Below, one piece after another: positions 46,982 to 57,933 of a stretch of DNA of 64,000 nucleotides. How positions within the stretch are numbered: position 1 is the stretch's first letter; each line of letters opens with the position of its first letter. Under the pieces are notes generated by a model. The model worked only from the letters and a program-made list of their open reading frames with translations. It ran no database searches and was not told the DNA's origin. A program made the position numbers and the translations under genes. This DNA is from Oikopleura dioica (lineage: Eukaryota; Animalia; Chordata), in contig OU015570.1 in the NCBI GenBank assembly GCA_907165135.1, positions 2,749,929-2,813,928 of the forward strand. The letters are read 5' to 3'.

Positions 46982-47662
46982 ATGAGCTTGACCTTGTCTT
47001 ATTTCATTCGTAAGATGGATAATTACAAAAAGCTCACACGCGATATGTATCGAATTTTTTGCAAAGGTTGTGCAGCTGAGACAACCCTTATCCCTAAGAT
47101 GCAAACATGGCAAAGCACTCGAATAATTGATGAGCGATACATCAACGAGGAAGTTTCTGCGCCATATTTTGTCTGCTGTTATTGTAAAGATTATGAGATG
47201 GCTTACGAGGTCTATCTACCAGAAGAGTACGAGATCCTTGAGCTGAATAGTTTGAGAACGAGATCGAATCTTTATAGAAAAAAGAGAGAAGAAGATCTTT
47301 TTCCGCAAGGACTTACGTACTCGGAAAATGAAGAGTACGGAACTCTCTATGTAGATTTTCTCATTCGAAAAGCTCAACAAAGAGAAAAGACAGAGGAGGA
47401 ATGTCAAGAATGCTGTATTTGCAGTAAAGAGTTTGAGCTTCCCGTCAGAAAGATCGATAAAAAAACCCAGGTTAATATTTTGCGGAGAGGACGTCTTTTA
47501 ATATCTTTATTTTAGAAAGAAGTAACTGTCTATGCTGATGCCTACAAAACACGATGCGACCATTTTTTCTGCAGATCCTGCTGGTTTCAAATTGGCAATC
47601 ACTCAGTGTCACCTTTTCTACGCTGTCCAGTTGAACGCTGCCCTCAGTATTTTTACCATTAG
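46982..47662 (+). CDS. RING-finger (C3HC4) protein, spliced
   Basis: CCICSKE...[45-nt intron 47471-47515]...RCDHFFCRSCW...CPVERC; extra N-terminal CKGC/CCYC pairs. Confidence 0.75.
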
Positions 47663-48499
47663 AGCGATCTGATGGAACAAAAATGAAGAGCAGCATCAAT
47701 AGACCGTTTATGAAGCTTGTTTGATTATCTTTATAAACATTTTAATCCAGAAAATAGAAATAAAAATTTATTCAATTGTCAGATCAAGAGTTATTGCAGG
47801 ATCATCCATTTTCGAAAGTATATGCCTTCCTAAAGGATCATTCTTCTGAATCACGAGCATTCTATTTTGATTGAATTCATGTCGCAGTCGGTTGAGAAAT
47901 GCAAGACGCTGACCACAAACTGTACCACTGCATTCATTTGCAAACACACTAGTGGAGAAAGAATAATCTAGAATTTTGTAACTCTTTTCGTCTCTATTCT
48001 TACAAATATCAAGTTTACACTTTTCCACTAATGTTGGGAATTTGACGAAAATTGGTTTCGTTTTCGTTTCTCCACGCAGTGCATTAAATAGAGTCATTAA
48101 GTCCTTTCGATTTTTGAATGCAAATCGTCCATGATCTTTCATCTCTTTGTAGTGTTTATATACTGTATTGCGCTATGTATAAATTTGTCCTTTCTTATCA
48201 ATCAATCCTGACAGCTCAGCGCTAGCTGTTCTAGTGCTCATTATTTTCATTTTCGTGAACACCAAATTCTCGTGCTCGTGAACTCCAAATTTTCGTGTTC
48301 GTGAACTCGTAAAATCCGAGTTCACGGAATGAGTCCATGTGCACGAAAACTACTATAAAAAAGACTGCACCTCTTTTAACAATTCATTCTACTTTTCTTT
48401 TTTCTGGAATAAACATCTCAGATAAAAATCACTTTGTAGTGTATAATCACTACAAATTGGTGACTGAGTTATTCCTTATCCCTACCCCCGATAGAGATC

Positions 48500-49811
48500 A
48501 TGATGAAAATCATTACAAAAGAGATTGCAGAGAGATTAATTAATGAGAATTGGACACCCCTCTTACTTGATGCAACACAACTCGATGCAAATCTAAAAAA
48601 TGGGCTTACCTACTTGGCTAGAAAAGATCCAACTTTAGTAAAGAAAATCGATAAAAATCCGCTTCGACGTCTTGGTACTGAAAAAGCTATTTTTCTTTTC
48701 AAAACTCCATTGGATGAAATTCCGTCAGTCAATGAAGATCAACAAAAGGAATTGTGCGATCAAGCCAAGCAAATCTTTGCTGAAGAACGTGAAAGCCAAA
48801 TCTTTCAAATCGAAAAAGCCCCTCCACAACCAAAGCAGGAAAACGTGGAAACAAATCCAGGAATGGATGAGCTCACAAATCTTGTTCAATCGGGAGAAAT
48901 GACGGACATTGATATCCAAATGCTTTTGACTGCGTTTAAAGAAACACACAAGTCCGAGAAAACTCCTGAAGAAAATCCTACTTCCTACTGCACTGCAAAC
49001 TCCCCGAATCACCCAAAAACGTGCTTTGACGAATGTGAAAGTTAAGAATCCAAAATACGATTCCTCACTTCCCATAAGCGCATGGATCACAAACATGGAA
49101 ATCTATGGCAAAGTTTCCGCACTTGAAGACGAAGAGCTAATCACTGTAGCTCTGAGTAGCTTGCTTGCAGAAAATGAAGGAAGTCACATCATGGCATCAC
49201 TCTCAGCTAACGAGTTGAAAGACTGGAATTCCTTCAAGAACAAAATGCTCGAAAGTCTCGGAAAAACAAGGGACTACTACAAGCTCGAATTCGAGAACTA
49301 TCAAAGTGGTTCTGACAGTTTTGGCGTCGCCATGGCAAAACTCTGCTCTTACTATAAGCAAGGTTACGATGTTGAAGACTTACGTAGAAGCGATGAAGAA
49401 TTGCTTATCGAGAGATTTTGCCAATCTCAAGATGGTCGAATGAAAGAACTTCTCCTCCGAGAAAAAGCTCAATTGAATATCAACACGATCGTCAAGAGAG
49501 CAAATGAGCTAGAAAGATCAATTCCAAAGAGAGAAGTGAATTTTGCGATTCCACAAGTTGCAGCTCATGAAAATCTCGAGAAAAAGATCGAAGGTCTTAT
49601 CGAAATCGTCAAGCAGATGAAATCTGAAAAATATCAGAAGAAAAAGACCACAGATAAAAAGAGAGCTCCGATCGATCAAGAGAAAACGCAAGGATTTTGC
49701 CTCAAATTCATCCGCGACGGCAAATGCTCATATGGATCATCATGCAAGTATATCCATGACAAATCCGGTATTGCACCTGAAGAAGTTGTGAAATATGCTA
49801 AATCTATTTAG
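48500..49811 (+). CDS. gag: Gag of gypsy element 2 (one A-run frameshift near 49015), CCCH finger
   Basis: ORFs 48500-49045 and 49026-49811; CLKFIRDGKCSYGSSCKYIH. Confidence 0.9.
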
Positions 49812-52800
49812 GATGTTCAACAAATGAATTTTCTTGTCCGAATTATTCCTCGGTACCAAAATCTTTCAAATTCATCTCAGTTACATCCAAAATCTTGTGT
49901 TTCCTGCTCTGATCGACAGCGCCTGCTCTCGAACTTGTATAAATGCCTCTCTTCCATTCATCGGGAAAACAAAACCTACGAACATGAAAGTCTACTGCGC
50001 AAACAATCAAGTCATCACACCAAACATCCTATCATCACCATTGATGATGGAAGTTAAATCGCAGGATGGTCCACTTCATCTCAAAACCACTCCACTTGTT
50101 ATCGACGGACTTTGCTGTCCAATTATCCTCGGACTTGATCTTCTCACCGATTTGCAAATAAGCGCATCTGACGACTTCATTACCATACACCAAAAACGAA
50201 TAAAAACAGTACATCCCGATCTTTCTCAAAAATTCAACATAAAAGCGATCGTCACTCTTGATGAAGATGATGAAAGCGAAAAAAAATCATTAAAAACTTT
50301 CCAAAAACGTCGAAGTCAAAAAGCAGAAAAGATTAATTTCATACCTGAAATTGCATCTTTTGGCGACACAAACGAAGAACAAAAACAAATCCTTCTTCTC
50401 CTCACTTGTAAATATAAACTCGCCTTTTCGATGGATGAATCTGACCTTGGAAAACTCCATGGATTCAGATTCTCAATGCCTTTTCATGATGAGAAAGCAA
50501 CCACTCATCAGCCGCCTCGTCCTATTCCGGTTCATCTCCAAGCACAAGTTGAATCCGAAATCAGAAAGTGGGAATCACTCGAAATCATCGAGGAAACACA
50601 ATCTCCAAACAATATTCCACTTTTGATTCCCAAGAAACCAGACGGAAGCATCCGTATATCCCTTGATGCGAGAAACCTCAATGCGTTGTTAATCAAGGAT
50701 CGATTTCCTTTACCTGTAATGACGCAGGTTTTTTACGAAATAGGAAAGCGCCTTCCTGATAGGAATTCCTGTTTCATTTCAAACTTCGACCTCCACCGAG
50801 GATATTGGCAGTTACAAACGCTCGAAGATGACTGCCCAAAAATGGCCTTCAGCTTCAATAACAAGCACTACGCAGCGCGTCGAATGCTTTACGGAGTTGC
50901 AACTGGCCCCTCTGCATTTTCAAGAGTTATGGCTAAACTTCTTGACCACAAATCGATTCTCCTGTATCTCGACGATGTTATTGCTGTCGACTCAAGCTTT
51001 GATGAACATGTCAAAACGATCGAATTCATTCTCAAAACATGCTATGAACACGGTCTACTCTTGTCTCCGAAGAAATGCTTCCTTTGCAAGGGAGAAATAA
51101 ACTTTCTTGGACATTCGATTTCGAAAAACGGAATTCGTCCAACAGAAAAGCATCTGAAAGTCATCAAAGACCTTGAACCACCCAAAAATCGCAATGAAGT
51201 AAAACGAATGTTAGGATGTATTAACTTCAACCTCAAATTTGTCCAGGACGGCTCATCCATCCTTCAACCACTCTACGAACTAACATCGAAAAAGAAAGAC
51301 TTTGTCTGGGAAGAAAAACACCAATCCGCCTTTGATGAAATCAAGAAACGGCTCCTTGAAAGACCCTGCTTAGCTCACTTCAAAGAAGGATGTGAGCTTG
51401 TTCTCGTTACGGACAGCAGTGGATCTAAGATTGGTGGTTGCCTGTACCAGAAAGATGGTGATGAACTTGTTGCTCTTGGATATTTTTCAAAGGCACTTAT
51501 TGGACCTGACCTTCGAAGATCGATGAGAGCAAAAGAGCTTTTTGCCCTCGCACTCGGGATCCAATTCTTTGAATTTTATCTTCTCAACACGACCTTCACC
51601 GCTGTCGTTGATCACAAGAGTCTTCTCTACCTGTTTAAAGAGCAATCTGAATACCGGAAGAATGACATCAAGCTTCAAAATCTGCTGAATTACCTTCTAC
51701 GATTCGACTTTCGAATCCTCCACAAAAGTGGAGACTCACCAATCATGGCAACAGCAGACTTCTTGAGTCGACTTCCTGAGTACAAAAGCTCTGAGCTTGA
51801 AAAAGACTCCGAAACATTTGAAGACATACCAGAAACAGTGCTTCTTCACACTTCCTGTGAGAAGAACGACCAAATTATCTTCAAATTCGGTGATCAAGAG
51901 TTTGATGAAAGTACTGTTTCAAGACTTCAAATGGAATGCAATATTACCCGAAACAAATTTGAGAAAGCTAAACGGAATCCAAAGTCATCATTTAAAATCA
52001 AGAATGATGTTCTATACAAGGACAATCGCCTTGTCCTACCACAAAACTTGTCCGATGAATTCCTATCATACCTTCACTGTGTAACCGGACATGCAGGAGC
52101 AAAACAAATGGTCACCCTCTGCCAGAAGTTCTTCATTCATCAAGTACAAATGAAGATCCGCCAACTAACTTCTACTTGCCCAACTTGCCTTCAAATCAAA
52201 CCAATGGCAAAACTACGACCGTCGATGATCGAGAAACGAATGTTTGAATCGACTCCCTTTGCGAAAACGCACTTTGACCTTGTAGATTACGCAAGACCCG
52301 ACAGCGCCGGAAAACGCTATCTACTAACCTGCTGCGACTCCCTCACAGGATTCCTCGATGGAATACCACTAAGCCGCAAAACCGATGAGATTGTCGCAAA
52401 ACATCTCCTGAACCTCATTCTTACTCATGGATGCACTGGAGACGCTATCACCGACAATGGTGCCGAGCTAAATGGCCCACTTGTCACTGAGATCTTCAAA
52501 CGTTTTGAAATCCGCCATACCACAACAACGGCTTATCGTAGCCAGAGCAATGGTCAACTCGAAAGATTGCACCGAGAAATAAACCTTAAGCTCAAAACAC
52601 TCAATGCGAACAACAGAAACTGGTCTGCAGCGTGGCCACTCTGTAAGTATTTTGTTAACAACCTTCCGAAAGAAAGCCTTGACGGACTAAGCGCCAACGA
52701 AGCTTACTATGGTCGCTCATTCAATCCGCTATTTCAAACCAATTTCGATGCAAAATCTTCCGGAAAACCATGGATCAAAAGCCTTGAAAGCTACTTCAAG

Positions 52801-53217
52801 GAACTCCATCCCGCGATCCTCGCCTACCAAATCGAAAAGCACCGCCAACTTGTCAAATCTGACAAAAACAGCTGCCCCGTCCTTAAAATTGGTCAAAAAT
52901 GTCTTGTCTGGAAACCAGCACTTGGCAAGCTCAGCAGAGTTTGGCACGGCCCCTACAAAATTCATAAGCGAATCAGCAAAGATTCGTACATCGTGAAAGA
53001 TATAAACACCGGCCGTGAATACAGAAGACACATAAATCTGATCCGACCATGCAAAATGCAGCAGCAAGACAGTGAAACAGAAAGTCTTTCAGCGAAAGAC
53101 CAAACAAAAGTTCCGAATACATGTCTTGATGAAATGATGTCACCCGAGACAATCATCAACTCCGACGACGAAAACGAAAACGCCTGGTCAAAGCGACTGC
53201 GTCCGCGAAAGCGATAA
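49812..53217 (+). CDS. pol: Pol of gypsy element 2
   Basis: 1127-aa open frame; LIDSACS, LYLDD, TDSS, HCVTGH/CPTC, DLVD, TDNG, SNGQLER, WHGPY. Confidence 0.97.
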
Positions 53218-53228
53218 AATCAAAATAA

Positions 53229-54493
53229 AGGGGGAGGAAGGCCCTCCACAACCCTCAATTTGAAATCCACATTCAGCGTGTGTGGTTGCCAATAGTAAAA
53301 AGTCCATAGAGTACTCGACTTCACAGCAATATTCAATGGTAGCTCACGGAGAAGGGACCTCCACAAAAAACTGTCGTCATAAACCCCATTGAATTCCCGC
53401 CGCAATCAAAAGTCAAAGATGGCCAGCCTTTGAGATGTTCCGCTATCGTTCCTTACGTCCGCTGTTCACGTGGCCACAATCGAACAGGAGACCTTAAGTT
53501 CCGATATGTTCATTTCGAGCACGGCTGTGGAAACAACAAAATGCTACCTTTCCAAATTGGCATAATGTTTTATCGAAGACTTAAGAAAACACGATAAATA
53601 ATTCTCAGCGAGAAAAGCGGCAAATCAAAAACTGAAATCATCAGCTTAATGAAATTACCGATAATTCGAATGATCTTCAGCGAAGAATCAAAATAACGCC
53701 TTCTTATGCCCAAGAAGAATTCCAGCACAAAATTCGCCTCGCGCTGGAACATAATTGGGGCGCGTCACGGCTGAGCGCCCCCAGCAATTATCTCGGTCGC
53801 GCCCGAGTCCCGACTGGTACCTGGCTAGCAGCGCTAGAATCGTAAAAACGAGAAAAAACCAAAAATGAAAAATCTTGAAAATGATTTCTTTAGTTTTGCC
53901 CCCGCTCACCCAAAAGGATCGTGCAACGCTTTTTACTACCAGCGATCTTCAATATCATCATTCCAGTTGATTTCTTACCCATCGCTTACATAAAGAATTT
54001 GAAGAGAACACGCAAAATGATCGAAAACGAGCAAGCAGAAGCAGAATCAATCAAGGCGAAATACGAGTTAGACTACGACGAGATCTTCCAACTTCTTGAA
54101 CAACCTCTTCAAAAAGAAGAAACGATTCTTTTCTGGTTCGGTAAAATGAGCTTCCTCTTCACGACCCTTTACGAATATTTCGACAATGAAAATCTAATCA
54201 AAACAATTTTGAAAGATTACGAGGAAAAATTTCATACTTTTCGTAATATTTGGAAGATTTTTGAAGTTGATATTGAGTCCTTTAACAAGAAACTTAAAAT
54301 TGCAAGTCATTTAAATAATAAATTCCGGACTTCGATTCTCTCTGAATATCCTCCAAGAATTACCAATTTTGAAAGCCCTCCGAACTCAGTTATTGTTGGA
54401 GCCGAAAATCGTCAACCAGTACCTGTGGAAAACTCGCCGATTAACTACGATCAACCATCTTTCCCTGAAAATCTTAGTGAAATCTTTAATTGA
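53229..54493 (+). CDS. ORF3 of gypsy element 2 (unknown; 5' part broken)
   Basis: 190-aa ORF 53921-54493 plus upstream fragments homologous to ORF3 of element 1. Confidence 0.6.
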
Positions 54494-57079
54494 TATATCT
54501 GTTAGAAATTTCTATTTTCCCTACGCTTCACTTCAAATAATGAGGGAGGAATATGTAGTGTTTATATACTGTATTGCGCTATGTATAAATTTGTCCTTTC
54601 TTATCAATCAATCCTGACAGCTCAGCGCTAGCTGTTCTAGTGCTCATTATTTTCATTTTCGTGAACACCAAATTCTCGTGCTCGTGAACTCCAAATTTTC
54701 GTGTTCGTGAACTCGTAAAATCCGAGTTCACGGAATGAGTCCATGTGCACGAAAACTACTATAAAAAAGACTGCACCTCTTTTAACAATTCATTCTACTT
54801 TTCTTTTTTCTGGAATAAACATCTCAGATAAAAATCACTTTGTAGTGTATAATCACTACATCTTTACGAAGAATTCTGATAAGAAAATGTCTTCGACAGC
54901 ATACAGCAGTTTTCTCACATTTTTCGAGAAAAAATGAAGCCGGAGAAATTTCAACGAGTTTCATACTTGAAAATTGCTCTGCGGTAGATAATCCATGCGC
55001 AAGAACCAAAGATAAACATTGAATGCACGCCTATGGTGGCGCCCCATGCATGATTAGCTGCTGCGTTGATCATTTTTATGAAACGATATATAAACCCATT
55101 CGCCCGAGGTCATTTCACCCTACAAAAATATTTCAAATGCAAACAACATATTCTTTATAATATCGACAAGTTTCAGGATCACGCATGTGGTATCTTTAAC
55201 AAATACTTAATTTATCTCTGAAATAAAAATAAACATTACACAGAAACACATGAATATCTACAATCATTTATTGATCATGAGATACAGTTGATTTCAGTTA
55301 AAAAATAAGGATAATTTTTTCTCATAACGTTGAAGAAGATTTAGCTTTCATTTTATTAATAACAATTACGAGTAAGTTATAATAGATCAATCAAATTTTT
55401 ATAATCCGGAAGAGGATGCATATATAAACACTATCGTTCAATAAGAAATCATTTTACATATATTCTGTCAAATTATACTATTCAAAAGAGGCCACATTAA
55501 ATGGTCGTCATACTCTAGAGTTACATTTTACATATATTAATTAATTTTCAAACATTTTTCATCCTTGAAAAAAGCTAAAGGTGCCAATCTAGAGTTTCAT
55601 TTTATAATTCTTTAAACATGTTAATCTGGACCCAAATGATGAAGATACAAAAAATAAAGTTTCATTTGATAAATAAATTGACAGACGGACTGACTCTTAA
55701 AAGTTTCTCATTTATGACACATTTTTCTTCGTTTTTCTTGTTTCACTCCATCTTAAAAATTTGAAGTTTTCAAATAACGATAATCATCATTTTAAAAATT
55801 TCTGTTCTGAATGATAACTCTCAACAATCCGCCGTTTTTATTCGGAAAAATAGGTCATCATTGTGTTCTGCTTCCAGGTGATCAAATTTACTTATCATAT
55901 TTATCAGTAAATAGATGTCACAGAGTGTTTTAGATGTCAATTTGCTTGCTAAGAGATGCCCGGGCTGGTTGTTTACTTAATGTACACCGCCAGCCCGGAC
56001 ATCTCTTATACTACTTGGCTTCATGCGCATTCCAACGAACAGAAGAGTTTTAAAATAATTACAAAATCTACTAGAAGTACCAAAAATAAAAAAAAGGACA
56101 AAATAGTTCTTATTTTTTTTCGAGATGGCTCATATTTATTTCAAACTCGAAAAAAGACTTTTATTTGGTGTAAGACTTGCTCTTGAGATAATAAATAAAA
56201 AAATAAAAGATTTTACTGATCGGCAGTTGAAGAAAAGACTCGCGGACATGGAGACGGCGCTCGACTGTTTTCAGATTGCATGTGAGAATTACAAGTCATC
56301 AAATGATCGAGGAACACGACTGAAAAATAAACGAAGTAATAAAACAAAATTTCTTTCTTTTTCTTAAAGAATAACATTAAGAGATTGCGATACGTAAAAT
56401 AATGAAATTGGTCGACACTGTATTTCAACAGACTGGAAAATCTCCGTGAATGAGTTTTAAAAAGCAATAAATGATCGATGAGTTAATACGATTTATTATT
56501 TTACCGCGATTCAATTCTGGCTGACCGCAAGCAGGTGAGGGCTCTTGGGCGGAAGGCCCACAGGTGATTTCGCTTGGACTTGATATTTTTTGAGAAATTT
56601 TTGAAAAAATTAAAGGCAGAAAGAGATTCTTAATCCTTACTCCTCAAAAGGCTTATTGCTGTCATTCAAAATCATGTATTAGTAAATATAACTTGAATTG
56701 ATATTTTTATCTCAATTAATTTTTATTTCTCAAAGAAAGTTTTGCTTTCAATGACTTTTACGTCACTTGTAAAATAAACATAGTTATGACAAGATAAAGT
56801 CGGAGAACCTTTCGATAAAATCGATGATGAGTTAAGAGAAATATCCTGGGTACAGTATGGAGAATCATTTTGCAAGAGCATAATTCTGATTTTCGACCCT
56901 CTTTTTCTTACTAGTTGAAGCTTGAACCAACTGTTTCCATGTTTTTGGACTTGGAATTCACTTGTTTTGCATTTTAGAACATAAGAATTTTCATGAAATC
57001 TTTAAAGGCTTTTCAATGGGATATTCGGTCTTTCAAATCAATTTCATAATTTGACTGCTGATCAAGATTCTGTGTAGGA

Positions 57080-57570
57080 AATGGGTTGATGACTAGGTTC
57101 GTTGGACAGAATTCGTGAGTTTTTAAATGGAAAAAATTTTCGGTCAATAAAGGAAATGGGTTGATGACTAGGTTCGTTGGACTAGGTTCGTGAGTTTTTA
57201 AATAGTTATGATTTATCAAGGAAAGGGTTCGTGGGACAAGGTTCGTGGGTTTTTGAACAAGCAAAATGAAGGATTTTATATCCCAAATAAGCCTTGTCCT
57301 CACGAACCAAGTCATCAACCTATTTCCTTTACTGACCGAAAGAGGTGAAGATAAAAAAACACGTATAAAAATCCAAATTTCACGAACCTAGTCTCACGAA
57401 CCTAGTCTTAACGAACCTAGTCGTCACAAACCTAGTCCCACGAACCAAGTCATCAACCCATGAAAAAAATACATATAAAAATCAAAATTCCACGAACCTA
57501 GTCACACAAACCATTTTTTCCGACATGGCACCCACGAACCTAGTCCCACAAACCTAGTCCTCATGAACCT
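57080..57570. repeat. Array of about 14-bp repeats (CACGAACCTAGTCY), inverted orientation in the left half
   Basis: Five tandem units at 57380-57450, more to 57570; GACTAGGTTCGT copies near 57089, 57167, 57180. Confidence 0.8.
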
Positions 57571-57933
57571 TGTTATCGCTCTCGATTTTTTGTCGGAAAT
57601 CTCTGGAATTGTGCGACTCGAAATTTTTTCGGGTCACCCCGAAAACTCCGCAATTGTGGGTTCCGAAATTGTCCGTAAAGACTTTATTTCTTGCAAAATC
57701 GGGCTGATCGAAACCATTTCAATATTTTTTGATGATTTTTTTTCTGAAAAGCCGCGCCTTAGAATAAAGTCGAATGAGGTTCGTCGAAAAATTTTCCACA
57801 TTTTTTCGAAAATACAAGATCGTTTTGATCAAACATCTTATCTATATAAAATATGAATGAGATAACAATCTTTAATTACCGAATAGATTGTTTTGAAATT
57901 TAGTTTCAATAAAGAAAGTTTCAAAATTGAAAC

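Larger units (their letters stand above)
48148..54860 (+). mobile_element. Ty3/gypsy LTR retrotransposon 2 (full length, very recent)
   Basis: 307-bp LTRs 48148-48454 and 54554-54860 with no difference seen, TGTAGTG...CACTACA; TSD TCTT; PBS 48458-48467; PPT GAGGGAGGA 54542-54550. Confidence 0.97.
7382..55009. mobile_element. Maverick/Polinton endogenous dsDNA virus with nested insertions (limits approximate; TIRs not found)
   Basis: Co-located pPolB, major capsid, adenain-like protease, rve integrase, packaging ATPase and penton-like genes, the hallmark Polinton set; limits set by polB stop and last reconstructed ORF. Confidence 0.88.
47768..55009 (-). pseudogene. Hypothetical ORF (about 174 aa) split by gypsy element 2
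   Basis: Removing 48148-54864 joins ...RILRK-E-MKDHGRFAF in frame (ORFs 54824-55009 and 47768-48142). Confidence 0.65.

Noticed and set aside
27165-53405. Many short ORFs antisense or alternate-frame to gag, pol and Maverick genes
   Set aside because: Shadow ORFs of real coding sequence with no motifs
57080-57570. MITE with GGTT(C/G)ATGA ends
   Set aside because: No TSD found and ends only loosely inverted; kept as a repeat
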